The notes: generated by a model not told the origin, from the sequence alone. A stretch of 64,000 bases of DNA from a bacterium (GCA_016708315.1 JADJGC010000004.1:74159-138158); one strand, 5' to 3'. Positions 33,123 through 42,879 are shown, counted from the stretch's first letter. Made by a program: numbers and translations.

Positions 33123-33959
33123 ATGGCTGAAAGCAGACACGCGACGTTAGTCTCTACCCTATCCACCCTCCACGCCTCCGGCTGTTTCATCATCCCCAAT
33201 CCGTGGGATATCGGCTCGGCGAAAATTCTCCAACATATCGGCTTCAAAGCGCTGGCAACAACCTCGGCCGGATTCGCCTTCTCCCGCGGCCTGCCCGATG
33301 AAGCAACGGCGCTGTCGCTGAACGACGTTCTCGCCCACATCAAAGAAATCGTCGAGGCCACACCGCTTCCCGTCAATGCCGACTTTCAATCCGGCTATGC
33401 GGATGATCTGGAAACACTCGCCCGCAATGTCACACTCTGCGTCCAAACCGGCGTCGCCGGACTCTCCATCGAAGATGCCACCGGCGACGACACTTCGCCG
33501 CTCTACGACCGCGCCATCGCCATCGAACGCATCCGCACCGCCCGCAAAGCCATCGATGCCACCGGCACCGGCGTCCTGTTGACTGCCCGCTGCGAGGCTT
33601 TCCTCGTCGGCGATCCCGATGCCGAACGTATCGCTCTCGACCGTCTGGTCGCCTTCGCCGAAGCCGGCGCCGACTGCCTATATGCGCCCAGAGTCACCAG
33701 CGCTGAAACGATCAGCCGCATCGTCAAAGCCGTCGCGCCCAAACCGGTCAATGTGCTGATGGTATCACCCGTGCCCGGCCTGACATTCGCGCGCCTTGCC
33801 GATCTCGGTGTCCGCCGCATCTCGGTCGGTTCGGCACTGTCGCGTGTCGCATTGGGAGCCTTCATCCGCGCAGCAACCGACATCCTGAAGTCCGGCACAT
33901 TCGACTCACTCGCCGATTCCGCCCCATTCAAGGATCTGAACGACATCTTTAAGACATAA
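33123..33959 (+). CDS. Isocitrate lyase / PEP mutase superfamily protein (2-methylisocitrate lyase or carboxyvinyl-carboxyphosphonate phosphorylmutase-like)
   Basis: 278 aa. N-terminal region GCFIIPNPWDIGSAKIL...ALATTSAGFAF, and the D-x-D/E metal region ...PVNADFQSGYADD. Confidence 0.7.
   Translation: MAESRHATLVSTLSTLHASGCFIIPNPWDIGSAKILQHIGFKALATTSAGFAFSRGLPDEATALSLNDVLAHIKEIVEATPLPVNADFQSGYADDLETLARNVTLCVQTGVAGLSIEDATGDDTSPLYDRAIAIERIRTARKAIDATGTGVLLTARCEAFLVGDPDAERIALDRLVAFAEAGADCLYAPRVTSAETISRIVKAVAPKPVNVLMVSPVPGLTFARLADLGVRRISVGSALSRVALGAFIRAATDILKSGTFDSLADSAPFKDLNDIFKT
33165..33237 (+). repeat. Right copy of the ~70 bp direct repeat (inside the intact gene's 5' end)
   Basis: See 29805..29877. 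Spacing between the two copies is 3360 bp. Confidence 0.75.
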
Positions 33960-33983
33960 CATTTACATAGGCCTGGACTGGAC

Positions 33984-34024
33984 TTCTCCCCTCGCCCTTT
34001 GGGAGAGGGGTCGGGGGTGAGGGC
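33984..34024. repeat. CCCCTC..GAGGGG hairpin repeat element plus GGGGGTGAGGGC (copy 5)
   Basis: tcccctc at 33987-33993, gggagagggg at 34001-34010, gggggtgagggc at 34014-34024. Confidence 0.6.
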
Positions 34025-34079
34025 GTAGCTTGATTTCTCCCCCTTGACACCTCGTCCAAAAACACATTAAATTCCCCCC

Positions 34080-34559
34080 ATGAAACCGACACCACTCATC
34101 GAAGCCGACCCGGTGCATGTCGCCTCGGTCAGCGCCATTATCAAATCACTTTATGACTCGATCTCGTTCAAGCAGGGCGACGCCGCCGACTGGAAGAAGA
34201 TGCGCTCGCTGTTCATTCCAGACGGTCGTTTGCTGATTCCCAAACGCGCCACCACCGACTCGATTTCGCTCACGACCGAGCAATTCGTCGAGCGCGGCAA
34301 AATCGTCTTCGCCAATGAGACCTTCGCCGGCAAAGGATTCCGCGAAACCGAAATCGCCCGCCGCGAGGAGGCATTCGGCTTCATCCGGCACATCTTCAGC
34401 GCCTACGAAGCAGTCTTGACCGACATCGACGACATGGTCATCGGTCGCGGTATCAATAGTATCCAACTGCTGTGGGAAAGCGAACGCTGGTGGATCGTCT
34501 CGATGGTCTGGGACGACGAGCGCCCCGACAACCCGATGCCCGACTGGGCAAATCCGTGA
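34080..34559 (+). CDS. Hypothetical protein (possibly NTF2/SnoaL-like fold)
   Basis: 159 aa ORF with a coding-like composition. Its stop overlaps the GTG start of the next gene. Confidence 0.4.
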   Translation: MKPTPLIEADPVHVASVSAIIKSLYDSISFKQGDAADWKKMRSLFIPDGRLLIPKRATTDSISLTTEQFVERGKIVFANETFAGKGFRETEIARREEAFGFIRHIFSAYEAVLTDIDDMVIGRGINSIQLLWESERWWIVSMVWDDERPDNPMPDWANP

Positions 34560-34951
34560 TCGACGCGCTCTTCATCCTATATGTTGCCGATCAGGAGAAG
34601 AGCACCCGATTCTATTCTCGCGTTCTTGGTCGCGCCCCCGATCTCAACGTCCTCGGAATGACCGAATTCAAACTGAATGACGGCAGTATTCTCGGCTTGA
34701 TGCCGGAGTCTGGAATCAAGCGGCTTCTTGGTGACCGGCTTCCCAATCCAGCGGACGCCAACGGAATCCCAAGGGCAGAATTGTATCTCTCAGTGCCAGA
34801 TGCTGACTCGTTTCATCAACGCGCACTTGCTGCCGGCGCGGTCGAGTTAAGCGCAATGGAACTCCGTTCCTGGGGACATCACGTTGCTTACAGCCTCGAC
34901 CCCGATGGTCACGTGCTCGCCTTTTGCGAAATCCCTACAATCACTTTGTAG
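34556..34951 (+). CDS. VOC-family (glyoxalase/bleomycin-resistance fold) protein
   Basis: GTG start at 34556 overlapping the upstream TGA. Sequence VIDALFILYVADQEKSTRFYSRVLG... Confidence 0.6.
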   Translation: MIDALFILYVADQEKSTRFYSRVLGRAPDLNVLGMTEFKLNDGSILGLMPESGIKRLLGDRLPNPADANGIPRAELYLSVPDADSFHQRALAAGAVELSAMELRSWGHHVAYSLDPDGHVLAFCEIPTITL

Positions 34952-35011
34952 AGAGACATATCTGTAAACAAATCGGTCCTCTTTGCGTCTAATCTTCGGG
35001 AGGAGTCTAAC

Positions 35012-35897
35012 ATGTATCAAGTCGTCTTCAGGGTGGCGGCAGTTGCGCTTCTTGGCTTGCTCTCTCTCCAATGCTCCGATCCGCCCTACAAGCCGGATAC
35101 TCTTTATGTCAATCTCGGAAATACATTCGACCTTGATTACGAGCAGTCTGCGGTGGTCATCAATCAAAATCTCAAAATCACTTTTCGCGGCATGTTTTCC
35201 GAAAACCGCTGCTATGGACAGCCAAATTGCATTGATCCGGGCTTCGTCGAGGCCGCAATCAAGGTGCAATCCACGACCGTGGGCTCGACGGAATTGATCT
35301 TAGGCAAGTACGGCCTTTCCTGGACCGATGAAGCGCGCGCATTGTCGAAAACCTGGAAACGGATACAACTTCGAGCTTCACGCTGTGCGACCCGACCCTT
35401 ACGAACTCGTCATCGCCAAATCATCGACATCACCTCTACCGCCGTGGCGAATCACACTGCGCGTCGTCGAAGAGTCACCGAAATCTGCTCTTGTCGAGCC
35501 GGTGACGCCGGTCTCGTACACGCCGACGCAAATCACTCTCGACCCGTTTGATCTTGACAGCGTATCGATTGTGGCAGACACTTTGTTTGTCCACATCGCT
35601 CACGGCGGCGGCTGCAAGAACCATTACTTTTTCATGTACATGTCCCCTGGTGAATTCGCCGAGTCCAATCCCGTTCAGGCCAGTCTTTACCTGCGTCACG
35701 ACAATAACGATGATGATTGCCGCGAAGGTTGTCAGGATGAGCGCTGTTGGGTCAACACGACTTTGCGCTTCGATCTAACGCCGTTAAGGTCGCACCACCA
35801 AGTAACCTATGGGACTCCCGGTCCGATTTTGCTTAACGTCTATGATTACTTCACCGAGATCCCCGACGGAAAAATGCAAGTCTTGTACAGTCCGTAG
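35012..35897 (+). pseudogene. Lipoprotein (LSLQC lipobox) split by a frameshift within or next to a (GC)4 tract
   Basis: ORF 35012..35551 reads like protein up to ...GKYGLSWTDEAR and then turns arginine-rich and nonsense-like. The +1 frame, open from 35304, continues as a plausible ...NGYNFELHAVRPDPYELVIAKSS... to 35897. A gcgcgcgc tract lies at 35333-35340. Confidence 0.45.
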
Positions 35898-35961
35898 GCA
35901 ACCGTACCGCCGTAAGATTCTCTTCTTGCGTTAATATCGCCAACATCGCAATTATACAGAC

Positions 35962-36951
35962 ATGGAACTGAAGAACTGCTCCGTCCTCGTTACCGGTGGC
36001 GCCGGATTCATAGGCAGTCACCTTGTCGAAGCATTGCTCGTCAAAGGCGCACACGTCCGTGCATTTATTCGCTATAACTCACGCTCTGACCGAGGCTGGC
36101 TCGAGACTCTACCGAAAACGACTTTGGAGAATGTTGAGATTATCGCGGGCGATATTAAAGACTCTGATGCCGTCCGCAATGCCGCCAAGGGCTGCGAAGT
36201 AGTATTTCATCTGGCGGCACTAATCGGGATTCCATATTCGTATATCCATCCGCGCAACTATGTCGACACGAATGTGATCGGAACAACCAATGTTTTAACT
36301 GCTTCGTTAGATCATGGCGTTAAACGAGTCGTGCATATCTCAACTTCTGAAGTTTATGGCACTGCTCAATACGTTCCGATTGATGAGAACCATCCCAAGG
36401 TTGGCCAGTCACCATATTCGGCATCAAAATTGTCTGCCGACCTTCTGGCGGATTCGTTCCATCGGAGCTTTGGTTTACCGGTCGTTACAATTCGTCCATT
36501 TAATACCTATGGACCGCGCCAATCATTGCGAGCCGTGATTCCGACGATCATCTCCCAACTTCTCAGTCGGCGTGAACTTAAGCTCGGGGCAACGACACCT
36601 ACGCGGGATTTTACATTCGTAACCGACACTGCCTCTGGCATGATTCGTGGGGCTGAAGCCGACGAAGCCGTCGGCAAGACAATCAATCTCGGGACGGGAA
36701 GTGAAATCTCGATAGGCGACTTGGCAATACTGATCGCCAAACAGATGAACATTGAACTGGAATTCCAACGCGACCCAAACCGAATACGTCCCGGGGATTC
36801 CGAAGTGGAACGATTGCTTTCCAACAACGGACTGGCTCAAAGTGTATTAAAGTGGAAGCCTGAAGTGGGGCTCGATGAAGGAATCAAACGAACCATTGCC
36901 TGGTTCAGCGAAAATCCGTCATCAAGCAGAATTGACGAGTATTTCCGCTGA
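35962..36951 (+). CDS. NAD-dependent sugar epimerase/dehydratase (4,6-dehydratase or UDP-glucuronate decarboxylase-like extended SDR)
   Basis: VLVTGGAGFIGSHL, catalytic ISTSEVYG and YSASK (YxxxK) motifs. Confidence 0.8.
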   Translation: MELKNCSVLVTGGAGFIGSHLVEALLVKGAHVRAFIRYNSRSDRGWLETLPKTTLENVEIIAGDIKDSDAVRNAAKGCEVVFHLAALIGIPYSYIHPRNYVDTNVIGTTNVLTASLDHGVKRVVHISTSEVYGTAQYVPIDENHPKVGQSPYSASKLSADLLADSFHRSFGLPVVTIRPFNTYGPRQSLRAVIPTIISQLLSRRELKLGATTPTRDFTFVTDTASGMIRGAEADEAVGKTINLGTGSEISIGDLAILIAKQMNIELEFQRDPNRIRPGDSEVERLLSNNGLAQSVLKWKPEVGLDEGIKRTIAWFSENPSSSRIDEYFR

Positions 36952-37073
36952 TCCAAGTGTATGAACTTTGGCGTAGTTCAAACGACTTCAGCATATTGGA
37001 CCTATCTCGAGTCAAGGCCAAGGCTCTGAATGTCGATATGAAAAATGAACTCATTGCGAGAGGATAAATTCTT

Positions 37074-38024
37074 ATGAGATATTTGGTTACCGGAGGCGCC
37101 GGGTTCATAGGTTCGAACATCGTCAAGGCTTTAGTCAGCAGAGGCGACAAGGTTCGCATACTCGACAATTTCTCAACCGGCCGTCGTCAGAACCTAAAAG
37201 AAGTCGAAAACGATGTCGAAGTTATCGACGGCGATATTTGCGACTTCTGGGTTGCCCTTGATGCCTGCCGCGATATCGACTTCGTTCTTCATCAAGCAGC
37301 GCTTCCATCGGTAAATCGCTCGGTCGAGAATCCTCTTACTGCTAACCATGTCAATATCAATGGCACGCTCACCATGCTTGAATGTGCGCGCCGTAACGGT
37401 GTCAAGCGTTTCCTCTTTGCATCTTCTTCATCAGTCTACGGAGACACCCCGACATTGCCCAAGAGAGAGGATATGCTCCCCGCCCCGATGTCGCCATATG
37501 CGGTTAACAAGATCACCGGGGAGTACTACCTTGGTGTCTATTCCGATCTTTACAAAATGCCCTGCGTGGCGTTTCGCTATTTTAATGTTTTCGGACCCAA
37601 TCAGGATCCTAACAGCCACTACGCGGCGGTTATTCCCAAGTTCATCAACGCGCTTCTTGCCGACGAACAACCCACGATTTTCGGTGACGGACTGCAATCG
37701 CGCGACTTCACTTACATTGACAACGTCGTCAATGGCATCATCCATGCCTGCGAAATGAAAACGGTCGTGCCCGGCGTTTACAACCTTGCCTGTGGCGGAC
37801 AGTATACGCTCAATGAATTGCTGAAGGATCTGAACGAATTGATCGGGAAGAACATTAAGGCTCGTTTCGAGGATGCCCGTCCCGGCGATATCAAACATTC
37901 ATTCGCTGATGTTTCCAAGGTCGAACGTGTACTGGGCATCAAGCCGACTATCGATTTTCGTGAAGGATTGGAGAAGACCATCGCATTCTATAAACGTGAG
38001 GCAATGCTGACGAGCCGTGTCTAA
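37074..38024 (+). CDS. NAD-dependent nucleotide-sugar 4-epimerase (WbpP/TviC-like)
   Basis: YLVTGGAGFIGSNIV, SSSSVYG and YAVNK (YxxxK) motifs. Confidence 0.8.
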   Translation: MRYLVTGGAGFIGSNIVKALVSRGDKVRILDNFSTGRRQNLKEVENDVEVIDGDICDFWVALDACRDIDFVLHQAALPSVNRSVENPLTANHVNINGTLTMLECARRNGVKRFLFASSSSVYGDTPTLPKREDMLPAPMSPYAVNKITGEYYLGVYSDLYKMPCVAFRYFNVFGPNQDPNSHYAAVIPKFINALLADEQPTIFGDGLQSRDFTYIDNVVNGIIHACEMKTVVPGVYNLACGGQYTLNELLKDLNELIGKNIKARFEDARPGDIKHSFADVSKVERVLGIKPTIDFREGLEKTIAFYKREAMLTSRV

Positions 38025-38910
38025 TCACACGATCCCTAACACGCCAGGCTCCGGCACTTCATTGGCGCTTCCCTGGTGGCAACTTGCCATCATCGGCGCC
38101 GTCATTTTGATGATGTACCTGCCGATTCTCATCGGCCTCGCCGGTGACTGGTACAATGATGATAATTATTCACATGGATTCCTGATTATCCCCATCAGTC
38201 TCTGGTTAGTTTGGCGCAAGCGTGATATTCTTCGCACCATCCCGCTGGAGTCAAGCAAGTGGGGTATTCCCGTCATTTTAGGATCACTCGTGGTTTTCAT
38301 ATTAGGAACCGCGGGAATGGAGTACTTCACAGCGCGGGTTTCGATGGTGAGCCTGATGTTTGGCGTTACTCTCTATCTCGCCGGATATCGCTTCGCTCGA
38401 GAAATCTGGTTTTCATTCTTCTTTCTACTGTTCATGATTCCAGCGCCTTACATCATTTATTATAGCGCAACCTTCCCTTTGCAAATGCTCGGTTCAAAGA
38501 TCGCCGCAGTATTACTAACCATTGTTGGAATTCCGCACCTGAGGCAGGGAAATGTCATTCACTTGCCCGACAACTACTCGCTTGAAGTTGCCGAGGCTTG
38601 TTCAGGACTTCGATCATTGGTAACACTGCTTGCTCTTGGTGCCTTACTTGCCTATTTGACTCAAAATTCCAAATGGAAAGCCGTGACTCTTTTTGCTGCC
38701 ACAGTTCCAATTGCAATCGCCGCCAATATCTTCCGAATTTGTGTTACTGCCATCGGCGCTTACGGGGTATCGCGAGCACTTGCCGAGGACTTCATTCACG
38801 AATTGTCCGGCACAATTGTCTTCATGTTCAGTTTGATTTGCCTTTTGATTCTCAGCAATGTTCTGAGGCTCGGCGAGAAGCGGGACGAAACTGAGGGAAC
38901 GAAACTTTGA
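38017..38910 (+). CDS. Exosortase (EpsH-type transmembrane cysteine transpeptidase)
   Basis: Hallmarks: GDWYNDDNYSHGFLIIPISLWL, the active-site block LEVAEACSGLRSL, and about 8 TM segments. Confidence 0.85.
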   Translation: MSNHTIPNTPGSGTSLALPWWQLAIIGAVILMMYLPILIGLAGDWYNDDNYSHGFLIIPISLWLVWRKRDILRTIPLESSKWGIPVILGSLVVFILGTAGMEYFTARVSMVSLMFGVTLYLAGYRFAREIWFSFFFLLFMIPAPYIIYYSATFPLQMLGSKIAAVLLTIVGIPHLRQGNVIHLPDNYSLEVAEACSGLRSLVTLLALGALLAYLTQNSKWKAVTLFAATVPIAIAANIFRICVTAIGAYGVSRALAEDFIHELSGTIVFMFSLICLLILSNVLRLGEKRDETEGTKL

Positions 38911-39545
38911 AGAAGTTCTTGATTATTCTCCTGATTCTCGTGCCGTTTGGCGCGATGGCGACAGTCCTTCGTTATATTGCCGTTGAGCCCGAACAGCCGT
39001 CGCAATTGACGCAGATGCCGCTTGAAATCGACGGCTGGAAAGGCGTAGTCTTTCCGGTTGGCGAGGCGACCGCGTCGGTATTGCAGGCGACCGAGATACT
39101 TCTGCGCGGTTACACTGATACCAGCGGCAACTACGTGGGGCTTTACATCGCCTATTTCCAGGACCAGAAATACGGATCACAAATCCACTCGCCGCGACAT
39201 TGTCTTCCCGGCGGAGGATGGGTACTGACCGGACTCGAGCACGTCCCCTTCAGCCTTGGAGATCGAAGTATCGATGTGAATCGCATGACGATCGCCAAAC
39301 GCAGTCGCGTCGACCAGATGTTCTATTGGTTCCATACGCGCTCAGGTGATCTCGCTTCCGAGTACTCCCTTAAGTTCGACCTCGTCCGCAATTCCCTCTT
39401 GTTATCTCCGACCGATGCGGCTATTATTCGCCTGACCGTTGGACAAGGCGACAGAAGTCAGGATGAATGCCAGCGGCTGGCGGAACGCTTTATGCAGACC
39501 ATTCTGCCTGAAGTTCGCAAAGCGTTGCCTTTCGACACAATATAG
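38907..39545 (+). CDS. Exosortase-associated EpsI-family protein
   Basis: 212 aa with an N-terminal TM helix, immediately downstream of and overlapping the exosortase gene. EpsI-like size and layout. Confidence 0.65.
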   Translation: MKKFLIILLILVPFGAMATVLRYIAVEPEQPSQLTQMPLEIDGWKGVVFPVGEATASVLQATEILLRGYTDTSGNYVGLYIAYFQDQKYGSQIHSPRHCLPGGGWVLTGLEHVPFSLGDRSIDVNRMTIAKRSRVDQMFYWFHTRSGDLASEYSLKFDLVRNSLLLSPTDAAIIRLTVGQGDRSQDECQRLAERFMQTILPEVRKALPFDTI

Positions 39546-39579
39546 ACACCGCTATCTCGGTGAGAGTCCAGACAAATTC

Positions 39580-40467
39580 ATGTTAATGCGCGCCGTTATC
39601 AGCATCATGCGCCCGGAGCAATGGGTCAAGAACCTCATTGTTTTCGCAGCATTGATCTTCGCCCGCCGGTTTACCGATACGCAGGATGTACTCCATTCAT
39701 TGCTGGCGTTTGGAATCCTCTGCTTTCTCTCATCCGCCATTTATATTGTCAATGACCTGCACGACCGCGAACAAGACAGCCTGCACCCGACCAAGAAATC
39801 GCGGCCGTTGGCTTCCGGGGCGCTTTCACCAATAATAGCCCGTTTGCTTGCTGTGACTCTCATACTCGCAGGTATGGGAGCATCGTTCTTGTTGCCGCGC
39901 GAGTTTCTCTACATCGTCATGATTTTCGTCGCTTTCAATATCCTCTACACAGCGCTCCTAAAGACCATTGTTATCATTGATGTCATGTCGATTGCTGTTT
40001 CATTTGTACTGCGCGCCGCTGCCGGATCGTACGCAATTTCGGTGGAAACGTCGCCGTGGTTAATCGCCTGTACTTTTCTTCTTGCACTATTTCTCGGATT
40101 CGGTAAGCGCCGTCACGAGCTGCTAATTCTCAAAGACCAGGCCGTCGGGCACCGCGTTTCATTGAAAAAATACTCGCCCTACTTTCTCGATCAACTCATC
40201 GGTGTCGTCACTGCTTCGACGGTTGTTGCGTACACCTTTTATACACTCTCGCCCGAAATTCAAGAAAAGCTTGGTGTTCAACACCTCGAGTTAACAATAC
40301 CCTTCGTTCTCTACGGTATTTTTCGGTACCTATACCTGATTCACCAGGAAGAACGAGGCGGCTCTCCAACACGGCTGCTGCTGACCGACATGCCAATACT
40401 AATCAATATTGTCTTGTGGTTTCTCTCGGTGATGGCGATATTCTGGGTGACTGGGGGAAGACAATAA
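39580..40467 (+). CDS. UbiA-family prenyl/polyprenyl-phosphate transferase (decaprenyl-phosphate phosphoribosyltransferase-like)
   Basis: NDLHDREQDSLHPTKKSRPLASG, which is the N-D-x3-D-x3-D motif plus an HPxK..RP.ASG block. Start taken at the ATG at 39580 after the EpsI stop; the ORF is open from 39439. Confidence 0.65.
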   Translation: MLMRAVISIMRPEQWVKNLIVFAALIFARRFTDTQDVLHSLLAFGILCFLSSAIYIVNDLHDREQDSLHPTKKSRPLASGALSPIIARLLAVTLILAGMGASFLLPREFLYIVMIFVAFNILYTALLKTIVIIDVMSIAVSFVLRAAAGSYAISVETSPWLIACTFLLALFLGFGKRRHELLILKDQAVGHRVSLKKYSPYFLDQLIGVVTASTVVAYTFYTLSPEIQEKLGVQHLELTIPFVLYGIFRYLYLIHQEERGGSPTRLLLTDMPILINIVLWFLSVMAIFWVTGGRQ

Positions 40468-40503
40468 TCAGCTGTTTGGCTTTGTTTGTGAGGGTTATCT
40501 AAT

Positions 40504-41418
40504 ATGAACCGCATTAAGATCTTCTTGCCGATTTCCGCATTTCTTTTACTCTCGTTCGCCTTTGTTGCTTGCTCTTCCTCATCATTACCCAAGGATCCAA
40601 TGGATGCCATGCGTGCCTTGCTCCCGGGACGGACAGCTTTAAGCGGACTCACTCTGAAAGACACAGCGATTGTATTTGAGCGAAACACCGTCTGGGACCA
40701 CTTGGGACAGAGGGCAGAGATGAACTTGAATAATGGTCTCGACAAGATGTCGACTGCCACCTACGCGTCATCCGACAACTCAAGTTCAATGACCATTGAC
40801 CTAATCCTCTATCAGGAACATGTAAATGCTTTCACGATGTTTGCTCTTCAGCGCAATCCGGAAGCAAGATTCCTCGACATCCTTGAAGAAGCCTACATTC
40901 TTGGAGACACACTCGGGTTCCTGAAAGGGAAGTATTACGGCAGAATCCTGCGCAGCGGAAGTGTTCCGGACACTGAACTTGAAAAAGCTGCCAGAATGAT
41001 CACCGATAAAATCATCGACTCGGTATCGGCTTTCCCGAAACAGCTTGATGTGTTTCCGACCGATGGCCGAGTCCCTCATTCTGTATTTATGTTGGCGCGA
41101 ACCCAGGATCGGGCAGAGGAAGTTCCGGAGTTTTACGGCTGTCAATACATCGAAAATGCGGACACCGTTACGCTCTACTTTATGCTGAACTCTCGCGTTG
41201 GAATCTCGACTGCTACCGAGACTCTCTTGGGCAAAGAGGGACGTGTTGATCAATGGCTCATGGAGGGGCAGTACCAATCTTTGGTTGGCCTCCACCCGAC
41301 TCTCGGAACAATCTTTTGTGCCCAAAACGGCAGCACCTTGGCGGCAGTGAGCGGCTATTCCGATTTAAAGAACGCCAAGTCTCTGGTGGAGCGTTTCTTC
41401 CAGAGCTTTACCGAATAA
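40504..41418 (+). CDS. Hypothetical lipoprotein
   Basis: Signal peptide plus lipobox FAFVACSSSS. 304 aa, no recognisable domain. Confidence 0.5.
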   Translation: MNRIKIFLPISAFLLLSFAFVACSSSSLPKDPMDAMRALLPGRTALSGLTLKDTAIVFERNTVWDHLGQRAEMNLNNGLDKMSTATYASSDNSSSMTIDLILYQEHVNAFTMFALQRNPEARFLDILEEAYILGDTLGFLKGKYYGRILRSGSVPDTELEKAARMITDKIIDSVSAFPKQLDVFPTDGRVPHSVFMLARTQDRAEEVPEFYGCQYIENADTVTLYFMLNSRVGISTATETLLGKEGRVDQWLMEGQYQSLVGLHPTLGTIFCAQNGSTLAAVSGYSDLKNAKSLVERFFQSFTE

Positions 41419-41566
41419 TTACGCATGGCCGATATCCCGTGAGTAGGGATATCGGCCAGTACTTCCAATTGTAACAAATGCCGACGCGACCGTGCCAATG
41501 GTCGGCGCAATTCCCATTTGCTAATTCTTCGGCGTGAGGTTTTAATCGGTTGCTAAAAGCTGGCAA

Positions 41567-42835
41567 TTGCTTAGATTACCTAAGACCCTACTGGCCGATA
41601 GGGAGAGACATTTGTTTTTTCGTACGTTGCTGTTGATCGCATCGGCGGTGGGGATTCTATCCCCTTCACTATTTGCGCGGGTGCTTCAAGTCCCCGCTAC
41701 CTACCCGTCAATTCAGGGCGCAATTAATGTGTCCATTGCCGGTGATACTGTCATTGTGTCCCCGGGAATCTATTTCGAGAATATCGATTTTCGCGGCAAA
41801 TCGATTATGGTCGCATCACAATTCCTGCTGACTGCCAACCCGGCAATCATTAATCAGACAATTATAGACGGCAGCCAACCCGGCGATTCTGACTCTGGTT
41901 CCGTCGTCAGATTCATATCCCAGGAAGATACGCTCGCGGCGCTGGTTGGATTCACTATTCGCAACGGTGTCGGTACACTGATTCCTGGCAGCTTTGCCGG
42001 CGGCGGCATACTTGTGAGCAATTCAAGCGGCCCAAAAATTCGATATAATATAATCCGAAACAACAGCGCTTTAGTGGGCGCTGGAATTGCCGTCAGAAGT
42101 TCATATCCGACAATTGAACACAATGCCTTTACTCAAAATGCATCACGTGATGGGGGCGGTCTGTGGCTTCAAGGCTCCTGGATCAGGGTCAATCACAATG
42201 TCATCCACGCCAATATTGCCGAGAGAAATGGCGGTGCGATTTGTATCCAAAATTCGTATGGGCTGTTTACAAACAATAGCATCACGAACAATTCGTCGCC
42301 GATCTGCGGCGGAATCTTCTGCAGCGGCGGTCTGTGGGAGATCAGCAACTCCAATTTCTACCAAAATCAAGTTGCGAACTTCATCGGGTGTGGTGATGCC
42401 ACTCTCGGCGATAACAGCAAGTCACGCAACTACAACCTCGATTCTGCAGACATTTTCGATAACATCTTGGTCAATCCGCAATATGCCGACGCGGCTGCTT
42501 TTGACTTTCAGATTCGTTGTGACTCGCGTCTTGTCGATGCCGGTACTGATCTTCCCAAGACGTATCCGTTGGGCGGTTCAAGGGAAGACATCGGAATGTT
42601 TGAGTATCAGTATCGCGTTGGAGATCCAACCTTGGACGGCAAAGTTAACATCGCGGATGCCGCTGCCTTAGTTAATGCCATTTTCCTCGGTACGCCGCTT
42701 GAATGCCCGACGTACGTGTACGATTGCGATTGCAGCCGGCGTGTCAATGTCAGCGATTTGGTAGCTTTGATTAACTTCTGGGCGGGCTTCAGTTCAGTTC
42801 CATCTTGTCTGTTTACACCAGCACCAATAGACTAA
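41567..42835 (+). CDS. Secreted beta-helix protein with a divergent Cys-rich dockerin-like C-terminus
   Basis: N-terminal VPATYPSIQGAINVSIAGDTVIVSPGIYFENIDFRGKSI, which is typical of beta-helix proteins. The C-terminus is GDPTLDGKVNIADAAALVNAIF...CDCSRRVNVSDLVALINFWAGF. The start is probably the internal TTG at about 41612. Confidence 0.6.
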   Translation: MLRLPKTLLADRERHLFFRTLLLIASAVGILSPSLFARVLQVPATYPSIQGAINVSIAGDTVIVSPGIYFENIDFRGKSIMVASQFLLTANPAIINQTIIDGSQPGDSDSGSVVRFISQEDTLAALVGFTIRNGVGTLIPGSFAGGGILVSNSSGPKIRYNIIRNNSALVGAGIAVRSSYPTIEHNAFTQNASRDGGGLWLQGSWIRVNHNVIHANIAERNGGAICIQNSYGLFTNNSITNNSSPICGGIFCSGGLWEISNSNFYQNQVANFIGCGDATLGDNSKSRNYNLDSADIFDNILVNPQYADAAAFDFQIRCDSRLVDAGTDLPKTYPLGGSREDIGMFEYQYRVGDPTLDGKVNIADAAALVNAIFLGTPLECPTYVYDCDCSRRVNVSDLVALINFWAGFSSVPSCLFTPAPID

Positions 42836-42849
42836 CCTAAAAAACAAAT

Positions 42850-42879
42850 GCCCCCGGTGGCTCTCGCTCGACTGGGGGC
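42850..42879. terminator. Hairpin, likely a bidirectional terminator between convergent genes
   Basis: gcccccggt ... actgggggc, a 9-bp stem with one mismatch. Confidence 0.4.
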
